A stretch of 64,000 bases of DNA from Adineta vaga (lineage: Eukaryota > Animalia > Rotifera), in contig CP075493.1 in the NCBI GenBank assembly GCA_021613535.1, positions 4,898,001 to 4,962,000 of the forward strand, in the 5' to 3' direction. Shown piece after piece: positions 11,165-22,299 of the stretch; positions within the stretch are counted from its first letter, which is position 1, and every line of letters begins with the position of its first letter. A program made the position numbers and the translations under genes. The notes under the pieces are model-generated. The model did not search any database. It was not told where the DNA came from and saw only the letters and a program-made list of their open reading frames with translations.

Positions 11165-12416
11165 TTACAATGGATCGTGTGAGTTTTGATTGAATGATCG
11201 AGGTCGAGTTAAACTTCGATTGCCGACACCAAATCGAATTGATTTAGATGGTGGAAGGGATTTATTAAGAATTGATGTGGATTGTGGAGCAGATTTCTAT
11301 GTTGGAAAAATGAAAAAAGTGTCGTTATTATAAAGCAAAGAAATCGTTTTCTTACAAGAATAGAGTGGGGATCAGTAGATACTTGAGAAGACGATCCAGG
11401 TACATTTGTCATTTGACGTAGTGTAGTAAATTTTGCTGATTGTGATAATAATGATCGACGAAGACGTTTATTTTCTTCGACTTGTCGTGCTAATTCAATC
11501 GTTAATTCTTGACGTTCACGTTCAGCAACAATCTATCACATAAGACATTCGATATATAACGAAAAGAAATTCTATACGAACTCGTTCGTTGCCAAAACTT
11601 GCTTCGGCTCCTGTTGTTGGTGATCGCATCGATCGAAGTATTAAAATACTTTCACTCTTCAAACGATTTAATTCGGAACGGAGACGTTCATTTTCTATCA
11701 ATAGTTGCTAAAATAAAAGTATTTAGAACGAATATTTTCAAACAAATAAATTGTACTTCATTCGATTTAAATACATCTTCTATGGAAACATAATTTGGTA
11801 CTTTAACTTCTGTAAATGCTGGTGCTTCTTTTCGAAGTACTTGTTCTAAATGTGCTCTGTATGCTCGAAGAAGATTAGCTTCATCGGACATATTTGTTAA
11901 TGGTGTAGATATTGGATGGGATGAATTATCGTTAAAACTTCGACTACGATGAGCAGGTGCTAAGGGTAAAGGACGTGAAAAAGGTCCATCATTAATTGGA
12001 ACTATTGATGGTTCATCATTGGGCGATTTACGAGTATTAATTGTTGATGGAATACGTGGAGCACTCATACTTCGTGTCGACGTTGAATGTGAAGCGGATG
12101 ATTTTTTAATTGAATTCGTTCGTGTCATTTCATGCTCATTTGATGTTGATCCAAAATTTTGTTTCACAGTTCCTTTGAGAAATGCCATATCACGTTCAAG
12201 AGCTGCCAATCGTTCATTTTCTATGTAAATATATCATCGAACATTCTTCCTAATGGAATTCGAACGATCTGAATACGTACCATGTCGTTGTGTATTTGTA
12301 TAATCATGTATTAATGATGATAGATCAGTTCGAACGGCAATTAATGGTCCACTAGAAGTTCCTCCACGCACATTTGTTTCATGTGATAGTTCTCGATTTA
12401 AACGTCCTTGTTGCAT
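11165..12416 (-). CDS. Uncharacterised protein with coiled-coil segments and Ser/Pro-rich linkers (multi-exon)
   Basis: ORFs 12234-12416 and 11688-12209 join through GT-AG introns. Later exons read ENERLRNELNRLKSE and ERERQELTIELARQVEENKRLRRSLL, ending ...NSHDPL*. Confidence 0.75.
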
Positions 12417-12682
12417 TTTGAAAATTTTAATGATATCAATTCATTCGTTTTCTTCTTTTCATTCTTATTTACTTTTACCATGGTAATACCTCTACAGAAA
12501 GAAAGTTGCTGCTTACTATTCTGTAACAACGACGATGACAGAACAATAGAATTGACATTGATGTGATGCCTATTTCCGATGAAAATATATAAGACAAATT
12601 TATTCAAATGATCTATTTATTTATTTCTTTATTTTTTGCTTTCTAAACAAGAAAAATCGGAAAGAATACATTTTTATAGTTC

Positions 12683-13240
12683 TTAAAGTTCAGAGTAATA
12701 GCGAACATGTAATCGACTACCAATGAACGCGACTAAACCCATAGAAAATATCGTCAATAAATGTCCAGTTTGTGTTAAATTTGCACTATAACCATTGTAT
12801 GTTGTGACACGTGAACCTTGAGCAAAAGCAGCAACCATAAAAAGTGCAGCAAGAAAAAGAAATATCGGTGCAATGAATGCTATGATACCACTTAAACGAA
12901 TAAAATTCATTGTTAACGTAACAATCATTCCTAAACCAAGTAAACAAAGTGCAGTAACTAAAAGACCTGCTGCATGTTGAGTACCAAGACCTAATGTTGT
13001 ACTTCGTTGCATATCAATACAACGTGATGTTCCATTTAATAAATTACCGCTACATTCCGTAAAAAAATTATAATGAAGTGTGCTGCCATCTGAACTCTGA
13101 TCAAAATACCAATATTGTGTAGCTGTTCCAACAATAGTTAAAGCAAGAGCAGTAATAGTAAAAAAACTTCCAACAATAGTTAAAACACGACTTAATGGAT
13201 CAATCGGTTCTGAAGATGTTCGTTTCGATGTAATTGCCAT
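12683..13240 (-). CDS. Claudin/PMP22-like four-transmembrane protein (intronless)
   Basis: Four hydrophobic segments. The first loop has T..W followed by FF.EC...C, a variant of the W-GLW-C-C signature. Confidence 0.8.
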   Translation of the reverse strand: MAITSKRTSSEPIDPLSRVLTIVGSFFTITALALTIVGTATQYWYFDQSSDGSTLHYNFFTECSGNLLNGTSRCIDMQRSTTLGLGTQHAAGLLVTALCLLGLGMIVTLTMNFIRLSGIIAFIAPIFLFLAALFMVAAFAQGSRVTTYNGYSANLTQTGHLLTIFSMGLVAFIGSRLHVRYYSEL

Positions 13241-14204
13241 TAACTAAATAATATAAAACATTCTCATAATGAGATCCTTATATTCATGTGTCAATTATAG
13301 ATCTTTACCTACTATCTGGTTATATTCTTGATGAACAATTGAGATTGTATTTTATGAATGAAAAAAAAAGAATTTATTCGTAGGTACACAAAAAGTTTGC
13401 TGGCAAGAGAGAACGAAAAAAAAAACTAATTTGATGTTTATACAAGTAGATGAATGAGAAAAGAATGACATCTTATAAAGTAAAATAAACAAATAATTTG
13501 AATTCTTTTCATTCGTTGTCGTTTCTGTTTCGACTTTCAATCATCTTTTTTTCACTAAAAATGATCTTGTTTGAGTATAGTTGTGTCATTAGAACAGTTA
13601 GAAAGGTTTTCAAAAGCATTAAGTATGATCGAGTATGATGCTTTTCATATCAGTGAATAAGAAACGTTCGATTTTTTCTCAACGAATTTTCATATAATCC
13701 AACATAGTACTCTTTCTCGAAAGCTGTACGCGAACAAATAGGACAGATGACTGTTAAAGATTTAGAAGAAATCTTTACTCAACACTATATATGTGTTAAC
13801 TGCTTAAAAATCAAATTATAAGCTAAAAAAAGCAATCACATTTTTTATTAAAATATGAGAAACTATAAATTATTACCTTAGTTGTCATCTATTTTTTATT
13901 TCACTTCTCCTCTCCTTACGAGTATATTCCCTAAAATAAACATAAACATATAGAAATGGTTTCTCTTAAACTTTCAATTGATTCCAAAAGTCTCCTGGCA
14001 TTACGTTTTTCAAATGAAAATATTTCGAATTCCTAGCTACTTCTAAACAACAGTAACAAAATCCGTTGATTTTACACGAAAATAGTCGGTACATTAACTA
14101 CAGAATACTATTAAGATTTATTTACAATGTAAAATTTCGTATTTAAAGCAAAAGAATGCGAGTTAAGAACTAATTTTCAAGTTCGAAAAACATGAATTGA
14201 AAGT

Positions 14205-14831
14205 CTATTTATGAATGGGTTTCATTAATTTTTCTTCTTCTTGTTTACGAAAATAATGAATACGACCCGTAGCAAAGGCACTTGAAAATAAACTTAATAT
14301 ATTGAGTACATGACCTGTTTGGTAAAGATTAGCTGAATAATCATTGAATAACAAATAACGTGAACCTTCTGCCATGCCAGCAGTCATAAATAAACAAGCA
14401 ACAAAGAATAAGATCGGTGAAGCAAGATTAATCCATGCAAATGATGGATGAAATATTAAAATAACTGTTGCCACTAGTGCAAATGCAAGAAATAGAATGG
14501 CAACAGTACATAAAGCAGCTGCATTCTGTATACGTACATTGTAATCACGCATCCATCGAGATGAAGTCGAATATCTCGGATAATCTGTAAGATTTTCTGT
14601 TCGACTTGTACAATTATTGAAAATACCATTTGTAAAATGGCAAGTATAGAAAAAACTAGCAGTAGTTGATAATGTATAAGATCCACCACTTGTATTGATA
14701 TAAGAAGATTCCCATTTAGGTGTACCAATACCAACACAAACGAATAGCAATGCAAGAATTCCAAGAATACAAGTTAGAATAAGAATTTTTTGACTAAAAT
14801 TGTCAATTTTTTCTAATAACACCGTTGACAT
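14205..14831 (-). CDS. Claudin/PMP22-like four-transmembrane protein, tandem paralog (intronless)
   Basis: Reads GIGTPKW...FFYTC...C with four TM segments. Shares GSR...N.YSANL.QTGH.L.I.S with the neighbouring gene. Confidence 0.8.
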   Translation of the reverse strand: MSTVLLEKIDNFSQKILILTCILGILALLFVCVGIGTPKWESSYINTSGGSYTLSTTASFFYTCHFTNGIFNNCTSRTENLTDYPRYSTSSRWMRDYNVRIQNAAALCTVAILFLAFALVATVILIFHPSFAWINLASPILFFVACLFMTAGMAEGSRYLLFNDYSANLYQTGHVLNILSLFSSAFATGRIHYFRKQEEEKLMKPIHK

Positions 14832-15340
14832 TTTTTCTTATAACTGCGAATGAATGAAAAGAAACGAGAATTATTCGATGATGTACGTAGTTCTCTTTAA
14901 ATTGTATTTTTACGCTGAGGAGAGGTATAGAACATGAAATCAAATAATATTGACGAATATTCGTCGTTAATAAAGAAATGTGTAAATAATTCTTTATGAA
15001 ATATTAAAAAAATTGGCTAGTGAATAAAGTTCGTTTCGTAAACCTGTAGAGAATCTATTTATTACCTATAAACACTATGTCAAATATATCTACTTAAGAT
15101 TAATCATTTGATCATCAAGTTTGTTTTTAATACTATGAAGTATAAGTACTTTCATTGATAATATTGAAATTGAATGTTTGTATTAAATTAAGAAATAGTT
15201 GAATAAAATATATTTCCTTGTTTAAAAGAAGCAGATTTTACAGAAAATACGATAACGCAAAAAGAAAAGCGAATAAACAAAATACAATATTAAATAGACG
15301 ATCAATAGAAAAGAACAAAATACCGAATAGAACATTTTTA

Positions 15341-15380
15341 TTGAGACGTTTCGATAACTACTGTTATCTTCGTCAGTCAA
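15341..15380 (-). ncRNA. Minimal type I hammerhead ribozyme (Penelope-type), minus-strand copy
   Basis: Reverse complement reads uuga-CUGACGA-A-gauaac-agua-guuauc-GAA-ACGU-C-ucaa. Confidence 0.85.
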
Positions 15381-15486
15381 GAAATGAATGTTTTAGAAAA
15401 GAACAATATATGTATATACAAATTATAATTAGACGAATGAAAATGAAAACAAAGAAAATGTAATTAGATAATAAAACATTCATTTC

Positions 15487-15526
15487 TTGACTGACGAAGA
15501 TAACAGTAGTTATCGAAACGTCTCAA
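15487..15526 (+). ncRNA. Minimal type I hammerhead ribozyme (Penelope-type), plus-strand copy; predicted cleavage after C15522
   Basis: Stem I ttga/tcaa, core CTGACGA plus one extra A, stem II gataac/gttatc with an agta loop, GAA, the palindromic ACGT in place of stem III, and the GUC cleavage triplet. Confidence 0.85.
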
Positions 15527-15625
15527 TAAAAATGTTCTATTCGGTATTTTGTTCTTTTCTATTAATCATTAAATGTATTCGCCGAATTAAAATAAAAAAC
15601 AACGAATCTAGAATTCTATTTGGTT

Positions 15626-18600
15626 TTATGCCAAAATGATGCGAACTAAAATAAAGAATAAGAAGATGACCGGACTGAATCGCAGTTGACCAACACCTAA
15701 AAGCAATTAATCAAATAGAACTTTTGTTCATAAACTATACTGAAAGAGTATTTATTACCATTGATACAACGTGTGATTGAACGTCCAAATGAATCAGTTA
15801 CTTGTTGTTCTCGTCGACCTGCTTTACATCGACATTGGTTACTGAGACACTCACCAAAGTCACCGCATATTTCATGAGTTGTACAATAACCATTTACTGC
15901 ACGAGCTAAGAAACGTAACAATAAATAGTTTTCTTTTTCATGTTTCTCTTTCGAATAACATACCACAAATACTGTTACTATCACTGCGATAGAAACCAGG
16001 AGAACAAGCACATTTGTTCTCATCTCTATTACAACCGGCATAAGGACTGATTGCAGAACAAAAATTTTGCGCATGAGCACAAGAATCATCGAAATTATTC
16101 TTTACTAAAATATATGAAAATCCTATTTTGAATCTTTTTTTTTAAAGAATCAGTTTCTTACTGCATCGCGAACCATCATCACGATAGTAAGGAAAGCATT
16201 GGGCTCGTTGACATGATGATGAACAAAACAATTCTCCATCATTTGTGAAACTACTCCACACGGTAGTGTTGCATTTTTCATGAAGTTTAAGCGGTGGTTC
16301 CTGTTTAACTATAATAAAATAGAAGAAATGAATAGTTTTTGCCTCATCAATATATACTTTGAATTTCAATTTGAAATACTTACCACATTGTCCTGATGGA
16401 GTAGTATAATATCCCTTTTTACAAACACATGTATAACCATAACATTCGGCATTGTCTTGACATTGTGATGGACATCGATTATTAACTAAACAGATTGAAC
16501 CATGAAAAACGAATAAAATTTCATATAAGAAAAAGTTCCTTCATACCACATGTTAAATCAGCGGGATTTAAGAAATAACCAGATTTACATTTGCATACTT
16601 TATAACGAGAATCATCACTTGTAGTACCACATTCAATATTTTTTTGATCTGCATCAATACCGCAATCTTCTTGAGAATTACATGTAACTGAAGAACGTTC
16701 ATGAGTACCAGGAAAAACATATTTCGAGAAAAGTTCTGTAAGAAATAAATGATCCTATTGCTTAATAAAACGAACAAGTTATCAATACTTACCACATTGT
16801 TTACTACGAACAAAACTTCGACGACGATCGCAATAACATGTATTATTACGACAAACAGCGCCTGATCCATGTAGAGCTTCACAATCGTTATCATTATTAG
16901 GTGCATCACAAGCTGTGTACATTGTTGGGTCAATTGCTTGAAGTTTTTCAGAAAAAATGTTTTTTCGGCCTAAACCAATTCAACTATATTCTATGTGTGA
17001 TCAAAACAAAAGGATACTAACTGCATCCTTGTTTGTCCACAGTTACGTTATATCCGAGAGGACATTTGCAAGTATAACTATCAGCCTATGAGATCAAAAG
17101 AACATGAAAATTTTGTAGTGATTGTTTCAAGACTTACCATAGAGGAAACAGGACAGGTACTGTCAGAAGTCAATGCTGCCTGAATTACTTCAACACGGAA
17201 AACTAGAGCAAAAAAGACGAATTGTTTTAGGAATAGATTAGAGTTTTTGCAACTACTACATACAGCATCTGTTACTAGACCAAAATGCAAAAGCTGCTTC
17301 CAAACATTCGCAATGGCCATCATTTTGTGATGCTTTGGCAGCATTTCCAAATAATCTTCGACAACCCACATCATTTATTCCAGTAGTATTTTCAGCTCCT
17401 GGTGTATTATTTTCATAAACAGCACTTGTTCGTGGAGCTAAAAATAAATATACAGATTATATTTCATTTTCTATGTACTAAAATCAAAATAATCATTCGT
17501 TATTTCCTGAAAAGAGATTCTTAGAGAAGTCTACAAAGTCACCTGAATGCAGAATGTATGACTATAAAATTGGGACTTTCCTGCGTCGGAAGATATTAGT
17601 TTAAAATAAAATTTCTATCATATAGCGATCTTAAACATTATATCAGAATAGTAAACAATTCTTTGGTGATCATTATACTTTCAAAAAGAAAACGGTCATT
17701 GAATATTGTCCGTGATAATTAATAAGTTAGTTTGCAGTATTGTAATAATAAAACGTTTACTTACTGCAAGTACGATTTGTTCCATCATTTTTGTAGCCAT
17801 CGACACATTTACATACTTGAGTGGATCCGTCTGAATTGGGAGGACAGTACTGACTATCAGTTGGACTGGGAAGTGCGTATTCAAGAAAGAAATCTAAAAT
17901 GAATCAATCCATCAATTCATAGGTGGAGAATAATAAAATATTTTGCAACACATACTACACGTAGAATTCTGAAAAAATGTTCCATCATTACAAACACATG
18001 CATTGTTATGAGCTCGGACAGGCGTATTAGTGTAAAGAGCTTGACAATCGATTGTAGTAACATCGCTGATAGCACCTTGTGACGGAGCATTTGATAAATC
18101 ATATAGTTGATTAACTTTTCGTTCTATATATCGACAGTTGTTTGATATATATTTTGTTTAAAAATCAGAATAATTCATCTTACCGCATAAACGATTCGAA
18201 CTCACAATGGGTCGATATCCAGTCTTGCATTTACATAATCCACCATTACTTTCAGCGTTAAATGGACAATCATTTGTATTAGCAGTATTAACATCAAGTA
18301 ATGTTGCTAGAATATTCCATAAAATAGCGTATTAATAAAAGATTTTAAACATACCACATCTTTCTTTTCCATTTTCATTTGTATAGAATGATTTATTCGG
18401 TATACATTGACATTCTCCTTGACTATAAAATCGTGAATATTCACCATATAGAGTAACACAAGTGGTATTGTAGTCTAATTCACCAGCTTGAGAAGAACCA
18501 GACTCTGCAGAGCTTAATTTAAGCTCTAAACAATACGAAAAGTAATGAAGCAATTTTAAATGAATAAAATTAATATACCGCATCGTCTCTTGTCACCAGA

Positions 18601-20343
18601 TGTTTTATATAAACCATATGGCGAACAAACACACTGTGACTTATTAACATTTGCATGCGGTGGACAATCACTGGAGACTGGATTTGATAGTGTTCTTTCC
18701 AAGAAAAGATCTTGAAGGAAAAAATTTGATCTATTGCTTATTCTTCCAACCATTGATACTTACAACATTTGGTGTTATCGTCAGCTAAAAATTGATTAAG
18801 ACCGCATGAACATATAGATTTATCGCGCCGTAATTGACAAGTCAATGGAGAAGGGCATAGACCACTCTCGTCTTGACGACTACCTTGTGAGTCTATACGT
18901 GTACAAACACCATATTCAAAATTATCACCTTTCCATTCCGGTTCAATACGTTCTAAAATATACTAATTTATTGTAGAGTTTATTAGTCTAAATTCAACTT
19001 ACGACAGGGTGTATTTTTATCCACGTATTGATAACCAGGTGCACATACACATAATCCATTTGGTGATACAGTAGTACCATTATCACCAACAATTGCACAA
19101 CCAGGTGAAGCATAATCATGTGTACTGATATCATAAGAATTCGGAAAGAGAACATCATGACGAGATTTGTCTTTGGAAAAAAAGAGTAAACAAAAATATT
19201 TTTTTTACAATTTAAACATACCACATTTATTGTCACCGGCTTTCGAGAAACCTGATCGACACCAACACGTTGTTTGATTAACAGTAACACACAATGCATT
19301 AGGATCTTGACATCTACCACATTGTACAGCAGGTAATTCTGTTTCTGATGGTGATAATGCACCAGGATATTGTTTCAATTCTGAACAAAAAAATTCATTT
19401 GTAGGTACCTTTACTTCTTTGTTCTTTTACATACCACATTCTTGTTTATCATAATTAGCTTCAAATGGTAATTCACATTGACAGAAACTTTCACGATTTG
19501 GCAGAATAGATTTACAAACTGCATGAATATCTTGACAACCGGCAATACCTTGTTCCGAATTGCAAAACTCACCGGATGCATTCGCAATAGTCCAGTTAGC
19601 CGAAAGTTTAGCAAGTTTTCTTTCTATAGATTAAATCGTCTCAATCAAATGCACAATCAAAACTTAGAAATAAACATACTACAACGAAGATTATCACCTC
19701 TTGGTTCCGAACCAAGAGGACATTTACAGACACCTTCACGGCAGTCATTTGACCAACATTCACTCGAAGATGAACATGTTGTATTCAAGCTTTTATCTAG
19801 TTGAAAAAAAAAGAAGTTCGAATAGATTCATAATAAAATAGAACACAATATTATCCAATGCATTTTCCGCATTATAATTAACATATGCTCTACTTGTTAC
19901 AATACTTACAACAAAGTCCATTGGAGGCCGTGAAATCTGGTTTGCATTTACATTGCTCTTTTTCACATATAGTATTATTCAGACAATTTTCAACAATCCG
20001 ACATGTTTGTCCTTCATAAACGAATGCCGGATTGACACCTATAATATTTCATGAATAAAACAAAACAAAACAAACATTTCTTTCCAAAAATTGAACACTT
20101 ACTACATGTTGTTGTTAGACAAGGTAAATAATATGGTGTATCACATTTACATGTTGCATCTTGACATTTAGTTCCTTGACCACCACATTGTGTAGCATTC
20201 GTACACGGAATATCCAGCGTAACTACGAATGTTTTCATGAACAATATACAAACGAAGGACAATTGATACTTACTCGCGTTGGTAAATGAGATTAGAATGA
20301 AGAATAGGCTTCCGAAAGATAACAGATAACGAAAGAACGACAT
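15626..20343 (-). CDS. Large secreted/GPI-anchored cysteine-rich protein with many EGF/EB-like modules (more than 20 exons)
   Basis: Signal peptide MSFFRYLLSFGSLFFILISFTNA. Repeated modules such as CTNATQCGGQGTKCQDATCKC and CTTHEICGDFGECLSNQCRCKAG, mostly with phase-1 introns. Ends in a hydrophobic tail GVGQLRFSPVIFLFFILVRIILA*. Confidence 0.85.
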
Positions 20344-22299
20344 TGCTTTTGAATTGTTCAAAGAGAAGAAATATAAATTTGATCTAAAGATATATGAAAT
20401 CAGATCTATGCAAAATCTAGTTTATTTGCACTTGATCATAAATGGCAGAAAGGTTTTTTACATAGCCTTTTATATTCTACATTCCAATTTTTTCTCTCTT
20501 GTTGAAATTAGTCAAATAGGTAAGGAAGAGAGAGAGAGAGAGAGACATACAGAGAAAGAGATTCTATTCACTCTATAACAGAATATCATATTTTTTTGTT
20601 GTTAGTTACCATCTATAATTTCGAAAGAGCAAGAATATGGTCACTAGCAAGCATAAGAGTGTAATATAAAATATGTAAATGCCAGTTTGTTATTATCTCA
20701 TCTCTATATATGTAGACATAGAGCAATATCAAATGTTACATATGTGGACATAAATTAGTCATCATCTCGAAATGAGTAGATTTTTCGACGTCAGCAAAAT
20801 CATGTATATACTAAAAAAAAAGAGTTCTCTATTAAGGTGAGTTTTATTGGACGTGTGTAGGTTGAAATTTCATCATCGACGTAATAGAATGCCGCCTATG
20901 ATTTTGTCTGTCAAACTCATTTGCTTTCAAGCACACCTTTATTGGTGTATTGAACATAACAACGTCGTGAAATTTAATCTTTTTGTTGTTGTTTTCATAT
21001 CTATATACAAAGAATAAATTACTTTAGTCATGTCAGAAGAAAAGCCGAAAGAAAGAAACAGATTTACTGTTCTTTAAATATTAGTTAAAATTTAATATTT
21101 TGTAAATTTAGTCAAGGAAATTTGACTACTTCAAATCGCATCCTTAACTTTCATTTGAAGGACAGAATACAAAAGAAGAAGAAGAAGAATTTCGATATCA
21201 TCAAACGTTTCTATGTGAAGAGAAAAATTTGATTCATTATAAATAAAAACTAAATATAAGCATCTGTTCGTTGATTTTCGTTATTACTTTTTCTCACATA
21301 CGTATATAAAACGTAAGACCAAAGAACGCTTTAATGAAGTGTATTTAGTAAATAGATCTTGTTAACATCGAACAGATTTATGAAGCAAATAAAAAATGCT
21401 CTTGCCGAATAAAGAGATTTATGAGTTCATCATTGTGCTATTCCGAGATGAACTATCAATTGATTGGATTATGATGACAACGTAATAGATCATTAGTTCA
21501 TATTTACTGATATGAGATCCTTTTTATGAGTTGTCCGACTAATTGAACAGAACTGATTTTGCATTTTTGTTGTTGTTGAAAATAGATCGTCTTATGTCAA
21601 CGTTCATTTTTCTTGTTATCAATGTCTCTTATTTCCTCTTTCCTATTATATGATCATGTCCGACTACGTCATAAGCTTAATCATTTGATTTTCTCTAATA
21701 CAATTACATTTCCTTTCGATTGTGTAAAATATTGTTGATGCAATAAGTGAAATATCAATAAATCAAGTATTTCCTAAATGAGAAAACTAATGCTTCGAAA
21801 CAATGAATGAATGAATGTGATCAAAGAGAACGAGTCATAATGACAATTCTGATTTGAATTCATATATGTTGATATAAATTCTGCTTCTGAATTTTTGACA
21901 CTTGAAACAGAACACTATTTAACAAGTGGCACTTACAGTAACCATAGAGTATGAAGAAAAAGGTTAAATACAAACGAAATGAATTTCAAAATAGAATCAA
22001 GGAAAATCATTTTAATCGATTTAAAAAGATTGAAATTAATCAACTGAATTCATTTCTCTTTTGTTATTATGAATAATTACACAAGTGCGCTCTCTTTCGA
22101 TGTCATTTCCTATTGGTTGAATATTATTTGCCAATTGAATCTTATTAACTTCGCGAAGACATGTCAATGACAATGAATACTCTGTATATACGCTCTACTT
22201 CGTAAGATGTCTTACAAGGTCTCTTTCTTTCCGGTGATTAAAGGTGTTGTGAACAAACGTTTATTTTAACGCACCGACATTGCCATACAATCAAAATAC

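Larger units (their letters stand above)
15304..15563. repeat. Perfect 92-bp inverted repeat (arms 15304-15395 and 15472-15563, 76-nt spacer); probable Penelope-like pLTR remnant
   Basis: The right arm taaaacattcatttcttgactgacgaag...gttcttttctatt is the exact reverse complement of the left arm aatagaaaagaac...gaaatgaatgtttta. Confidence 0.95.

Noticed and set aside
15218-15463. 81-aa Lys/Arg-rich ORF across the inverted repeat
   Set aside because: Low-complexity translation of an A-rich ribozyme/pLTR arm with no protein features.
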